Positions 1-9,722 of a DNA stretch of 64,000 nt are shown here, piece by piece. The notes beneath the pieces are model-generated. The model ran no database searches and was not told the DNA's origin. It worked only from the letters and a program-made list of their open reading frames with translations. Position numbers and translations under genes: made by a program. The DNA is from Parcubacteria group bacterium Greene0714_7. Lineage in GTDB: Bacteria > Patescibacteriota > Minisyncoccia > Phycocordibacterales > Phycocordibacteraceae. Location: positions 27,320 to 91,319 of the forward strand of contig VMHB01000002.1 in assembly GCA_007378985.1 (NCBI GenBank), given 5' to 3'. Each line of letters opens with the position of its first letter. The stretch's first letter is position 1.

Positions 1-230
1 GGGAAGGTATTAACCCTCTCTATATTCCCCACCTTGATTTATTAAAAATTTGCACTAAAATACCCGTATGTCACAAGAAAAAGCACCTGACTTTCTCGAT
101 AAGGCTCTGAATTGGCTAGATAGGAATGTTGGCAGACATGTACGTCCTGTCGGACCACGCAGTCCTCGCGAATAAAAACAAAAAACCACCCTTGAGAATG
201 CCTCAAGGGTGGTTTTTTGTTTTTACTACA

Positions 231-1769
231 TCAAAGGTCTGTTCCTGAATACGAAAGATTCAAGCTCTTATTACAAAGTGGAAAATCAGGAACGATGTTT
301 CCTGGAGCAAGTTCACCAAAAAGTGGCCAGTTGCAGAATGACGGGTCACGGATGACCAATCGGTCAATGCGACCTTTTGCATCAAGACGCACAAAATCTA
401 AAACTGCACCACGCCAACTCTCAGCAAATCCGTATGCATCTCCCGTGCCATGAGGAACAGGAAGCGTTGCCTTGCCCTCAGGAAGTGTGGTAATGGCAAG
501 GCGAATTAATCTGAATGATTCGGTGAGTTCACGCACACGCACATTGAAACGCGCAAGAACATCGCCTACTGTTTCTACCATCACTGACACATCCATATCG
601 GCATACGCTCCGTATGGCATATCACGACGAAGATCCATATCGATACCCGAGGCACGTGCGCCAATACCTTGTGCACCATATGCAAGCGCTGCTTCTTTGC
701 CTAAAATTCCTGTTGTTTCAAAACGCTCCTTAAGACCATCTTTTGCGTAAGCGATTTTCAACACTTCCCCTATATCCTTTTCTATACGCTTAATTGTTTC
801 TAGAATTTTCACTTCATCGTCTGCCGTTACATCGTGCGCACCGCCCAGTGTAATTGCACCACGAAGGAACCGATGTCCGACGAGATCAGCATTGAGGCGA
901 CGCATTTCTTCCACCATACGAAAACCTTGAGCAGCCATAAATGTAAACCCAGTACCCATACCGCCCATATTCCCTATGTCAAAGATGTGGGCACACACAC
1001 GTTCAAGCTCGCTCCATATAACTCGGAGGTACTCCGCACGCAGAGGCACCTTCACACCAGAGACTTTTTCTACAGCCTGCACAAACGCAAGCGTGTGTCC
1101 TACTACCATGTCCCCTGACACACGCTCAACAAAGGGTAGTGCTTCCTCGGGAGTTTTCCCTTCAACAAGTTTGAGTACACCTTTATGTTTGAAAAAGAGT
1201 TTGCCTTCAAGGGTAATAATGCGCTCCCCACGTACATTGAAACGGAAATGCCCCGGCTCAATGATGCCTGCGTGAATTGGCCCTACTGGAATCTCATACA
1301 CCCCTTCCCCTTCCACTTGGTGCATAGGATATGGAACGTGTGCATGCGCAAGTTTTGTATTCCACTCAAAGTCTTTTCGCATAGGGTACGTGCCTTCAGG
1401 AACATTTTCATGATGCATCAAGCGCCGTGGATCAGGATGTCCCACTGCTTCAATGCCAAACTGATCCATAATCTGCCGTTCATACCAGTTCGCTGCCATG
1501 ATTGAACGAGTCAAAGATGGATACTGTGGTTTTTCAGGCGAGAGGTAGCTCTCAAGCGTAAGTAGTTCTGTACCAACAGCAAAAACTGCACGTATAGAAA
1601 AAATATTGCTTTTTTTACGCTCATCGAGTGCGTACATTAAAACCAAAGGCGACCCTGCCTCTACTATGTGCTCTGCCGTAAGTGCAAAGTCCGACACTGG
1701 AACCTGCACCGTGCCAGAATCGCTCACATCTTCTAGACCTATTTCTTTTAAAAGTGTTTGGATATTCAT
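231..1769 (-). CDS. Fused NuoC-NuoD-like large subunit of group-4-hydrogenase-related (Ehr-type) complex; NiFe-ligand cysteines absent
   Basis: N-terminal NuoC signature (ANWYERQIMDQFGIEAVGHPDPRRL) fused to a NuoD/HycE-like body (GPIHAGIIEPGHFRF). The canonical RxCGxC motif reads RVSGDMVVGH and the C-terminal DPCxxC reads DPSFCN, so the Ni-Fe ligands are lost. Confidence 0.8.
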   Translation of the reverse strand: MNIQTLLKEIGLEDVSDSGTVQVPVSDFALTAEHIVEAGSPLVLMYALDERKKSNIFSIRAVFAVGTELLTLESYLSPEKPQYPSLTRSIMAANWYERQIMDQFGIEAVGHPDPRRLMHHENVPEGTYPMRKDFEWNTKLAHAHVPYPMHQVEGEGVYEIPVGPIHAGIIEPGHFRFNVRGERIITLEGKLFFKHKGVLKLVEGKTPEEALPFVERVSGDMVVGHTLAFVQAVEKVSGVKVPLRAEYLRVIWSELERVCAHIFDIGNMGGMGTGFTFMAAQGFRMVEEMRRLNADLVGHRFLRGAITLGGAHDVTADDEVKILETIKRIEKDIGEVLKIAYAKDGLKERFETTGILGKEAALAYGAQGIGARASGIDMDLRRDMPYGAYADMDVSVMVETVGDVLARFNVRVRELTESFRLIRLAITTLPEGKATLPVPHGTGDAYGFAESWRGAVLDFVRLDAKGRIDRLVIRDPSFCNWPLFGELAPGNIVPDFPLCNKSLNLSYSGTDL

Positions 1770-1776
1770 ATATATA

Positions 1777-3249
1777 TTATGAAATGGCCGTGATTATACG
1801 TTCAAGAATTGGCGATGCCATAGGTGTCATAAGAAACACACTAAATGCAACCAACAAAATAAGGTGAAAAGCTATAGCGGTGTGCGACCATCCCCATTTT
1901 TCACCCACTTCCACTTCACTCTTTGGAGGAACAAGCGCGGGCGAAAAAAGAAACGGAATGATGAGGCGTATGAATCCTGCAAAAATGATAGCGAGCGCAA
2001 GAAGTACTATTGTTGCAAATATCGGATGTAGTACAACGCTTTGCGATATCAAAAGTAGTTCACTCCCAAAAAGTGGCGATGGTGGAATAGCGAGGAGCAT
2101 CAAAATCAAGGTAAGAAACAGTGCTCCCGTGTACGGCAGTGTACGCATAACCTGCCCTATCCGATCAAACTTCGTACTCTTGAAACGGAGCAATATGTTG
2201 CCTGCGCTAAAAAACAGCGCAGACTTTAGGAGCGCATGTCCAACAATATGAATAACTGACGCAACAGCACCAACAGTCCCGAGTCCAGCAGAAAATACAA
2301 TGAGTCCCATATGCTCAATCGAAGAGTACGCAAGGAGACGTTTATAGTCTGCTTGGATCAAAATGAACGCTGCAGGAATAATGCATGAGAGCACTCCAAA
2401 CACTAAGAACAATTCACTCGTCCATTCGCTTGAAGCAAGTGAACCGTCTACTAACACCCGAAAGCGCAATATTCCAAACAACGCAGCATTGAGAAGAATA
2501 CCTGAGAGCATGCCTGAAATCGGCGAAGGGGCTCTGCTGTGCGCATCGGGTAACCATGCATGCATTGGCACCAAACCTACCTTCGTTCCATACCCAATAA
2601 GAATGAACACGAACGCTATTTGCATCAGGTGTGGCGGAAGCGAGGGAGCAACAGTAAGCAAATTCGTCCAACTGATTGCTGAAAGTCCGTGCAAAAGACC
2701 AGAAGATGACGCTGCATAATACGTGAGGAATAATCCAATGAGTCCGAGCGAAATTCCCGTTGAACAGAGAATAAGATATTTCCATGCTGCTTCAAGTGAG
2801 CCTTTGTGAGCATAGAACGCAACGAGGAGCGTTGTAGTCAGTGTTGTTGCTTCAAGCGCAATCCACATAAAACCAAGATTGTTTGAAACAATAGTGAGAA
2901 GCATTGAGCACACAAAGAGACCAACAAAAAAGAAGTAACGACGCACTGCGGGCAGTGTTATCTCCCCTGTTCTCACTTCTTCTCCTAAGTAGTGAATACT
3001 CGTTATGGTTGCTGTCCATTGAATGAACCCAATGAGAAGCACCATGAGTGCTGCGAATGTATCAAGATACCAGTACCCATTTTCAAATGACGATGCCCCA
3101 AAAAATAGCGGGATGGCAGTATACAGACTTAACACAAACACACCAGAACTTGCCAAAAATGCTGCGCCAAAAATAAACCGCAAACCACGCATAAAAAATG
3201 GCACGGTGGCGAGAACTAAACATGAGACAAGCAGTAGTGAGATAGCCAT
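1777..3249 (-). CDS. NuoM/NuoN/HyfF-like antiporter-type membrane subunit
   Basis: Polytopic membrane protein with the conserved WLPDAHSRAPSPISGMLSGILLNAALFG motif of the complex I/Mrp antiporter family. Confidence 0.8.
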   Translation of the reverse strand: MAISLLLVSCLVLATVPFFMRGLRFIFGAAFLASSGVFVLSLYTAIPLFFGASSFENGYWYLDTFAALMVLLIGFIQWTATITSIHYLGEEVRTGEITLPAVRRYFFFVGLFVCSMLLTIVSNNLGFMWIALEATTLTTTLLVAFYAHKGSLEAAWKYLILCSTGISLGLIGLFLTYYAASSSGLLHGLSAISWTNLLTVAPSLPPHLMQIAFVFILIGYGTKVGLVPMHAWLPDAHSRAPSPISGMLSGILLNAALFGILRFRVLVDGSLASSEWTSELFLVFGVLSCIIPAAFILIQADYKRLLAYSSIEHMGLIVFSAGLGTVGAVASVIHIVGHALLKSALFFSAGNILLRFKSTKFDRIGQVMRTLPYTGALFLTLILMLLAIPPSPLFGSELLLISQSVVLHPIFATIVLLALAIIFAGFIRLIIPFLFSPALVPPKSEVEVGEKWGWSHTAIAFHLILLVAFSVFLMTPMASPILERIITAIS

Positions 3250-3254
3250 AAAAA

Positions 3255-3902
3255 TTAATCAGTTAAGGTTCGCAAATCATCAGTCGCCACCGACGCATTC
3301 TCATCTTGTGCGCGGTGCGTGAACACAGTGATAAGAATAAAAAATGCCAAGAGGTCAAAAAACGATCCGATTTCAAAAAGAAATGGCATGCCGTGCGTGA
3401 GTGCGAGTCCGAATGTGAAGATGCCATTCTCCATAACAAAGAATCCAATTCCCTCCCCAAACATATCTTTTCGCGAAACCAACATAAGAAGGCCGACGAG
3501 CACAATGCCAAATGATGCAGCGAGCACAAAGTAATCAGCACCAACGGGCAATAACCCACGTGCTCCAACTAAAGCAACAATAGCCAGACACGCCGCAACA
3601 AAAGAAAGCGTTGCGGGACGTGCATATGATTGTAGGCGTTCAGATGCCCCACTCACACGTGCCGCACGAAGCAAAAACGAAGGAATAAACCAAACTTTAA
3701 TGAGAACAATAAGGCCTGCAACAATAAAAAGTTGAAACTCCCCCGTTACAAATGCTGCGGCAATAGCGAGGAGCGCAAGAAGCGCTGACTGTACTCGAAA
3801 TGCAGTTACCAAAGACCCCAAGCGCATGCGACTACTCATAAGAAACGCTAGGAAAAACATTCCTCCAGCAAACACTGTCATGGCAATTGCGATTGGTGTC
3901 AT
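3255..3902 (-). CDS. HyfE-like small membrane subunit of hydrogenase-4/Ehr-type complex
   Basis: A 215-aa all-helical membrane protein of the same size and position as hyfE within the operon. Confidence 0.6.
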   Translation of the reverse strand: MTPIAIAMTVFAGGMFFLAFLMSSRMRLGSLVTAFRVQSALLALLAIAAAFVTGEFQLFIVAGLIVLIKVWFIPSFLLRAARVSGASERLQSYARPATLSFVAACLAIVALVGARGLLPVGADYFVLAASFGIVLVGLLMLVSRKDMFGEGIGFFVMENGIFTFGLALTHGMPFLFEIGSFFDLLAFFILITVFTHRAQDENASVATDDLRTLTD

Positions 3903-3903
3903 A

Positions 3904-4884
3904 TTAGTGATAGAGGACGATTAACTCAACAGCAAGTCCGAGGAGCGCAATAAAGAATGCAAGCATCATATACTCCTGCATCCGATAAAAACGCATCTTC
4001 ACAATCACTGATTCTATAAAAGCAATTGCAAAAGCCCCGAGTGCAAGTTTTCCGAAAAATGCAATCAACGCAATCCCAAGCCCAAAGAACGTAACCGGTG
4101 GAGCGCTAATCCCAAATGGAATGAGAATGCCCATACACACTGCCAAGAGCGCAGTTAACTTTATTGCTGACGCATACTCGAGCATTGCAAGATATGTTCC
4201 TGAATACTCTAAGATCATAGCTTCGTGCACCATGGTGAGCTCGAGATGTGTCGCAGGATTATCTACTGGGTAGCGTGCATTTTCGGCAAGCAACACAAAT
4301 AAAAGTCCAATGAGTGTGACGATAGCAGGAGGAACAGCGACCAACCACGGCAGTGATGTGAAGTGTCCAACAATGCCCCCCATGCCCCATGCGCCCGTAG
4401 CAAGCGCAAGAGTTGCAAGTGATACATAGAGCGCTGGCTCAACGAGAGTGGCGAGCGTCATCTCACGGCTCGAACCCATGTTGCCAAACGTACTTCCCGT
4501 ATCCATGCCTCCAAGCACCAAAAATACTGAACCGAGCGCCACTACTGCGCCAAAAAGAAAAATATTATCGAGCGAGCTTGGCACAATTCCAAAGAAGAGC
4601 GAAGGTACAACAAGAGCAAGGAAGAATGCGCTTCCTAAGACCACAAATGGCACCATGCGAAATACCCACGAACTATGCTTTGTAATTGTCATCTCTTTTC
4701 GGAGGAGTGAAAGCATTGAGACGTAGGGCAAAAATATCGACGGTCCTTGGCGATTTTGAAAACGAGCTTTCAATGTGCGAACCATTCCCACGACTAATGG
4801 TGCAGAAAGAAGTACAACGAGAGCTTGAAATGTAATAAGGAGGTATGTCATAGAGTTGTAGCGAGAGTGAACACCAATGCGCAA
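3904..4884 (-). CDS. NuoH/HycD-like membrane subunit
   Basis: A 326-aa polytopic membrane protein sitting between the NuoL-like and HyfE-like genes, in NuoH/formate hydrogenlyase subunit 4 family order. Confidence 0.7.
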   Translation of the reverse strand: MRIGVHSRYNSMTYLLITFQALVVLLSAPLVVGMVRTLKARFQNRQGPSIFLPYVSMLSLLRKEMTITKHSSWVFRMVPFVVLGSAFFLALVVPSLFFGIVPSSLDNIFLFGAVVALGSVFLVLGGMDTGSTFGNMGSSREMTLATLVEPALYVSLATLALATGAWGMGGIVGHFTSLPWLVAVPPAIVTLIGLLFVLLAENARYPVDNPATHLELTMVHEAMILEYSGTYLAMLEYASAIKLTALLAVCMGILIPFGISAPPVTFFGLGIALIAFFGKLALGAFAIAFIESVIVKMRFYRMQEYMMLAFFIALLGLAVELIVLYH

Positions 4885-6854
4885 ATAACTAGGAGGAGGT
4901 ACAACTGAATGACGCCATTCTGGAGTCTTTTAACCGCACGGGAAACAGCAAAGACCGCAATGCCAATCGGGCGATAGAGCCAGTATTCAAAAAATGACTT
5001 AATACTCCACACAAGACGCCGACGCACAATCCACGGATTACTCATTGAAATAGGCTCAATAATTAGTTCCTTCTCCGACATGAGAATTGATTTGAAGAAA
5101 AATCTAATCGGCGCAGAAAAACCAGTTGCAGTATATTGCATTCGAGGAGTTATAGGTTGGCCGCAATCCCATGTATCCGTGATACGGGCAGGGTTTCTGT
5201 TAGAAAAAGATCGGCGACACACTGTGAGAAGCACTCCAATAAAAATAACACTTAGAAGTACCCACCATGCATTCATAGAAACTCCACCTAGAATTGCAAC
5301 GTCTCCAAAAAGTGTCACACCTTCCATGAAAGTGTTTGGCGCACTAAGAATTGGAAACAAAAATAATCCCGCAATGATTGAGAGGAGTACGGAAAATAGT
5401 GATGGAAGCCAAAGCAGTATCGGCATTGGGGACACCTGTTCTGCATGAGTCGTGCGTGCTCGTCCAAGAAAGATTGCACTAAACATACGCACGTACGCAA
5501 AGAGCGCGAGCCCGCCGACCAACGCAAGAAGAGCGAGTATCAATGCAAAACTTCCTCCAAAAAAAGCAGAAACCGTCATACCACTTGCGAGTGTCTGAAA
5601 ATATGTCCACTCACCAAAAAAGGTACCGAATGGGGGCAACGCAGCAGCTGCAAGAGAAAGCGCAAGAAATATTCCTGCAAAAATTGGCCAGCGCTGTGCA
5701 AGACCCCCTAGCTCGTCGAGATTTCGTGTATGTGTTTTTGATGCCACAGCACCAACTGCCATGAAAAGCCCTGTCTTGAAAATAAAATGGTTCGCAGTAT
5801 GAAGAATTATGAAAAGAGCAATGGATGGTGCAATTGCGGAAACCGCACTATCTTGAGATCCGTGCACAAGGAGGTATATTCCAACAGCAGAAAAGATGAG
5901 CCCCATATTTTCTATACTGCTCCACGCAAGGACGCGCTTTGCGTCATTCTCAACTGCAGCGCGGAGCGCACCAAAAAATGCTGAGAGAAGGCCAATACTA
6001 ATAACGAGGAATGCTGAAAAAGACGGAACAAACGGGAATAGTGCTACTCCTTGAATGAAACCAAAGAGTGCCACTTTAAGCATGACACCAGAGAGAAGCG
6101 CGGAGCTTCCACTTGGTGCTTGTGGGTGTGCATAGGGCAACCACTGATGAAGTGGCACTAAACCTGCTTTCGAACCAAACCCCGCTAAGAGAAGTACAAA
6201 TGCAATAGAGATAGCGAGTGGTGTGGCACCAAGAGCAGAGAGTGCAACATCATGCCACGACGCAAAAAGATTACCCCCTGCAAGAAGAAGAAGCCCTGCT
6301 GCAATACAAGCAAACCCAATGTGAGTCATCACAAAGTAGAGCCATCCTGCACGGAGTGATTCATCACTCCTATCTGCGATAACCAAGAAATATGCGGAGA
6401 CTGACATAATTTCCCAAGCCATCAGGAAAGTAAAAAGCGATGGGGAAAGGATCGTTGCTTGCATCCCTACAATAAAAAATGCCGAGGCAACATTGAGCGT
6501 TGGCAACACGTACACATCCTTATATGGTGGCAAGCTCTGAATCGCATAGAGCGAGGTTAGAAGGACGCCTCCGTACACCAACATAAGGAAAAACACTTGC
6601 ATCGAGTTAAGTGCAATGTTCACCAACCCAAAGAACGTACCATTGAAAGACGCACTATTTCCTATTCCTAAAAGAGCAAAAAAATAACTGCCAGCAATCA
6701 GGCCAGCAAAACCCGACAAAATAAACATCGATTGCACCAGCGTGTTGTTCCAAGAAAAACGGCGAGTCGCAAGAGAAAGAACTACACCTACAAGTGGGAG
6801 CACGAATGCTATAGCAAAAAGACAGTCGATAGTGAAGGAGGACATATGGTGCAT
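4848..6854 (-). CDS. NuoL/HyfB-like antiporter-type membrane subunit
   Basis: A 668-aa polytopic protein carrying the WLPYAHPQAPSGSSALLSGVMLKVALFG motif. Confidence 0.8.
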   Translation of the reverse strand: MHHMSSFTIDCLFAIAFVLPLVGVVLSLATRRFSWNNTLVQSMFILSGFAGLIAGSYFFALLGIGNSASFNGTFFGLVNIALNSMQVFFLMLVYGGVLLTSLYAIQSLPPYKDVYVLPTLNVASAFFIVGMQATILSPSLFTFLMAWEIMSVSAYFLVIADRSDESLRAGWLYFVMTHIGFACIAAGLLLLAGGNLFASWHDVALSALGATPLAISIAFVLLLAGFGSKAGLVPLHQWLPYAHPQAPSGSSALLSGVMLKVALFGFIQGVALFPFVPSFSAFLVISIGLLSAFFGALRAAVENDAKRVLAWSSIENMGLIFSAVGIYLLVHGSQDSAVSAIAPSIALFIILHTANHFIFKTGLFMAVGAVASKTHTRNLDELGGLAQRWPIFAGIFLALSLAAAALPPFGTFFGEWTYFQTLASGMTVSAFFGGSFALILALLALVGGLALFAYVRMFSAIFLGRARTTHAEQVSPMPILLWLPSLFSVLLSIIAGLFLFPILSAPNTFMEGVTLFGDVAILGGVSMNAWWVLLSVIFIGVLLTVCRRSFSNRNPARITDTWDCGQPITPRMQYTATGFSAPIRFFFKSILMSEKELIIEPISMSNPWIVRRRLVWSIKSFFEYWLYRPIGIAVFAVSRAVKRLQNGVIQLYLLLVICALVFTLATTL

Positions 6855-7372
6855 TACTTACGGGTAGCGGTAACTATACTCAAGAGCCCCCTTAAGACAT
6901 CCTCTGGTGTTGGAGGATCGCCAGGAATTCGAGCATCGACAGGAATTACATTTTCTACTGCCCCAACTACCGCATAGGAATCCTTCCAAATTCCGCCCGT
7001 GCATGCTCCATCACCGAGAGCAACAACAATTTTTGGCCCTGGTGTCATTTCGTAGGCGGTCTTCAATGCATGCTCCATGTTGCGAGTAACAGGGCCTGAA
7101 ACAGTGAGTACATCAGCATGACGGGGAGATGCCACAAATGAGATTCCAAAACGCTCAATATCGTAAAACGCATTCCCAAGCGCAGTTAGTTCATACTCTT
7201 CGCCGTTTGTGGAACCCGCATCAACATGCCGTATGCGTAGTGTTCGGCCTCCATATAAAGTATGAATAGCGTGCTTCAGATTCTCACCGATCTCCTCAAT
7301 GTAAGTTGGAATTTGAGGACATTTTTCAGTTCTCTTCCCGGTGGTAATTATTTTAGAAAGAAGACGCAACAT
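6854..7372 (-). CDS. NuoB-like small subunit lacking Fe-S cluster ligands
   Basis: YEMTPGPKIVVALGDGACTGG and IPGDPPTPE align to the NuoB motifs YDQMPEPK / GSCAxxGG / PGCPPRPE. The CC pair and the CPP cysteine are replaced (ST and D). Confidence 0.75.
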   Translation of the reverse strand: MLRLLSKIITTGKRTEKCPQIPTYIEEIGENLKHAIHTLYGGRTLRIRHVDAGSTNGEEYELTALGNAFYDIERFGISFVASPRHADVLTVSGPVTRNMEHALKTAYEMTPGPKIVVALGDGACTGGIWKDSYAVVGAVENVIPVDARIPGDPPTPEDVLRGLLSIVTATRK

Positions 7373-7390
7373 ACTGTGGAAATGTGGCTT

Positions 7391-7419
7391 ACTATATTCC
7401 TCTTCACTTTAGATGTCCA
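7391..7419 (-). promoter_or_regulatory. Sigma70-like promoter for the Ehr-type operon (TGGACA-17-TATAGT on minus strand)
   Basis: On the minus strand TGGACA and TATAGT are separated by 17 nt, about 20 nt upstream of the ATG at 7372. Confidence 0.45.
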
Positions 7420-7497
7420 GAAAGCAACAGAGTAAATAGTGGACCCATCTACTCCACTGTTTCTTAAAATAAACCACCACACTGTTGTAGAAATTCC

Positions 7498-7526
7498 TTG
7501 CTTCTTAGAATAAAGAGGCGTATAAC
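7498..7526 (+). promoter_or_regulatory. Sigma70-like promoter (TTGCTT-17-TATAAC) for the His-rich ORF
   Basis: The hexamers are 17 nt apart and lie about 30 nt upstream of the ATG at 7562. Confidence 0.4.
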
Positions 7527-7561
7527 TTCACAAAATAATCTAACAAAAAATATTTACTGAT

Positions 7562-8326
7562 ATGGCTGGTTACGAAGGGGGTCCACGAGACCCTATGAAT
7601 TTTGAAGAGGCAGAAGAATATGTTCGTCGAAATGGCAAGGTACTGCCTATCCCTCCGCTCCTCGGGCCAGATCACATACATTGTATTGATAGTCGGCGAA
7701 CCAAAGAAGGGATAGGATACCCAGGAGGTCTGCTGGGACTTACCACGACCCTTTTTTCAGGAGTGCATGAGGACGCGCACGCGCACGTTGGCGGATTCAA
7801 GGGATTTGCTCAATTTCTTGAAGGATTATTTGGTGGAATGAGTGCTCACACCGACGATGAACACGAGCATGATCCTTCTGGGTGTAGAGGGTGTGGACAC
7901 ATGCAATCTCTTATGACTAATCACAGTGCATACGGATTCGGTTCAGAACACGCTGAGGAAGTCCACTCGTATGCAAAAGGCTTGAAAACTCGGTGGAGAG
8001 AAGGTACTCCTGGTTTCAATATTTTTCAATACGGAGGAAAAGCAAACCCGCGTGCAGTTATGCATGTAGACGACCCACGAGATGGGCACTATATATCTCT
8101 CCCCCCTAACGATGGAACAAATCAAGTATTTGTTCACAATAGAGGTGCCAACCATGGCATTTTAGGCGATGCAGTGCATTTTATTTTAGGCGGACTTGGT
8201 GACGTATTTAAAAGCCACCCAAAAGATATTTATGATAAGCATATTGCGTTAACAATAGATAAACTGGCTTCAGATTTACCACATTTCACAGTAGGACATG
8301 ACGGGGGAAAAATTACAGTAAACTAA
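7562..8326 (+). CDS. Hypothetical His-rich protein (possible metal-binding)
   Basis: 254-aa ORF with His clusters (HEDAHAHVGG, HTDDEHEHDPSGCRGCGH) and no recognised family. It is divergent from the Ehr-type operon. Confidence 0.5.
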   Translation: MAGYEGGPRDPMNFEEAEEYVRRNGKVLPIPPLLGPDHIHCIDSRRTKEGIGYPGGLLGLTTTLFSGVHEDAHAHVGGFKGFAQFLEGLFGGMSAHTDDEHEHDPSGCRGCGHMQSLMTNHSAYGFGSEHAEEVHSYAKGLKTRWREGTPGFNIFQYGGKANPRAVMHVDDPRDGHYISLPPNDGTNQVFVHNRGANHGILGDAVHFILGGLGDVFKSHPKDIYDKHIALTIDKLASDLPHFTVGHDGGKITVN

Positions 8327-8380
8327 AAGTAAGGTCTCATAAAAAACCAAAAAAATATAGGAGAAAGCACCTATAAACAC

Positions 8381-8409
8381 TTGTAAAGGCACCATTATCG
8401 AGCTATCAT
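8381..8409 (+). promoter_or_regulatory. Sigma70-like promoter TTGTAA-17-TATCAT for infC
   Basis: Good hexamers with a 17-nt spacer, and the -10 ends 15 nt before the TTG start. Confidence 0.5.
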
Positions 8410-8424
8410 TCTTGATACAAAACC

Positions 8425-8958
8425 TTGGCTACTCTAAAAACACGTATCAATGCGCAAATACGCGCACCCGAACTTCGGGTCATAGGTCCTAATGGCGAAA
8501 ACGTCGGCGTTATTACGCTCGCTGAAGCTATGGCGCAAGCAAAAGCTGCGGAGCTCGACTTAATAGAGGTTTCGCCAAACGCGACCCCGCCAGTTGCGAA
8601 AATAATGGATTATGGTAAATTTCAATACGAGCAACAGAAAAAAGACCGAGAAATAAGGGCTAAATCGCACATTACAGAGACAAAAGCAGTCCAAGTTGAG
8701 GTAGGTACTGGAGAAAACGATCTTCTCCGAAAGGCTCGCCAAGCAGCTGGATGGCTCAAAGAAGGACATCGGGTACGAGTGGAACTCTTCCTTAAGGGAC
8801 GCTACAAGTACATGGATCCGGCATTTCTCAAGGAAAGATTGAAGCGTTTCGTGCTTTTGGTTCCCGAGGATTACCGTATCGCTGAGGACATACAGAAAGG
8901 TCCAAAAGGATTCAACATGATCCTAGAAAAGGCCGGAAAACAGAAGCCTGCAAAATAA
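8425..8958 (+). CDS. infC: Translation initiation factor IF-3
   Basis: Clear IF-3 sequence (RINAQIRAPELRVIGPNGENVGVITLAEAMAQAKAAELDLIEVSPNATPPVAKIMDYGKFQYE). It begins at a TTG start codon, as is common for infC. Confidence 0.9.
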   Translation: MATLKTRINAQIRAPELRVIGPNGENVGVITLAEAMAQAKAAELDLIEVSPNATPPVAKIMDYGKFQYEQQKKDREIRAKSHITETKAVQVEVGTGENDLLRKARQAAGWLKEGHRVRVELFLKGRYKYMDPAFLKERLKRFVLLVPEDYRIAEDIQKGPKGFNMILEKAGKQKPAK

Positions 8959-8962
8959 TAAA

Positions 8963-9154
8963 ATGAAAACGAACAAATCATACACAAAGCGTCTCCGCGT
9001 AACTCGCAACGGTAAGATTGTTGCGCGTAAGGGCGGACAAGACCATTTCAATTCTCGTGATAGCCGAAAGACTCGCACCGTGAAAGCTCGTGCGAAAGCT
9101 GTAGAAATGAATCCGAGGGTGCGCGCTCGATTCCTTCCAGGAAACGGCAAATAG
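8963..9154 (+). CDS. rpmI: 50S ribosomal protein L35
   Basis: 63-aa basic protein (MKTNKSYTKRLRVTRNGKIVARKGGQDHF) immediately after infC. Confidence 0.9.
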   Translation: MKTNKSYTKRLRVTRNGKIVARKGGQDHFNSRDSRKTRTVKARAKAVEMNPRVRARFLPGNGK

Positions 9155-9165
9155 ATTTTCTTTAG

Positions 9166-9197
9166 CTAAACCCTATCCACTAAACACTAACCCCTAA
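9166..9197 (+). repeat. CCCTAA(A)-like intergenic repeat copy (gctaaaccctatccactaaacactaacccctaa), 6 nt upstream of the rplT ATG
   Basis: Member of a recurrent motif family seen at more than 15 sites in this window. Confidence 0.7.
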
Positions 9198-9203
9198 TTT
9201 CAT

Positions 9204-9551
9204 ATGTCTAGAGTAAAAGGAGGACCAAAGGCGATGAAGCGCCGTCGCAATATATTGAAAGCCGCAAAAGGCTATCGTTTTGGACGCTCAACAAAGACAA
9301 AGCAGGCACTCGAAGCTTTGAAACACGCTGGTAAATACGCATTCCGCGATCGTAGAGCTAAGAAAAGAACTATGCGAGGACTCGCAATTGTACGTATCAA
9401 CGCAGCACTTCGCGAAAGAGGTTTCAAAAACTACAGCACCTTCATGGGCGCAGTAAAGAAAGCAAACATCGAGCTCGACCGCAAAGTACTTTCAGAAATT
9501 GCATCGGAATACCCAGAAGCATTTGATAGACTCTTGAAAATAGCTGCCTAA
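9204..9551 (+). CDS. rplT: 50S ribosomal protein L20
   Basis: MSRVKGGPKAMKRRRNILKAAKGYRFGRS...; canonical infC-rpmI-rplT order. Confidence 0.95.
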   Translation: MSRVKGGPKAMKRRRNILKAAKGYRFGRSTKTKQALEALKHAGKYAFRDRRAKKRTMRGLAIVRINAALRERGFKNYSTFMGAVKKANIELDRKVLSEIASEYPEAFDRLLKIAA

Positions 9552-9695
9552 GGAGTTGTGAATCCATCCCCGCGAGAAAAATACAAGTTAAAAATATGCG
9601 CTGGGTGTACTCGACCAATCCTTGGGTATGACAATTTAACTTGTACTGAATTACGCGACGGTCGTTTTCTTCATTCAGGTTGCAAACTATAAACT

Positions 9696-9722
9696 AATCC
9701 CGTTTTCGCGGGATTTTTTATA
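9696..9722. terminator. Bidirectional rho-independent terminator between convergent rplT and the MBL gene
   Basis: Hairpin aatcccg-ttttcg-cgggatt followed by TTTTTAT. Confidence 0.6.

Noticed and set aside
217-1505. Plus-strand ORFs 217..453, 472..750, 834..1118, 976..1275, 1185..1505
   Set aside because: All lie antisense inside the well-supported NuoCD-like gene. They are low-complexity and typical GC-frame artefacts.
231-1769. Catalytic [NiFe] hydrogenase large subunit
   Set aside because: The diagnostic Cys ligands are replaced (RVSGDM instead of RxCGxC; DPSFCN instead of DPCxxC), so an Ehr-type non-hydrogenase is the better call.
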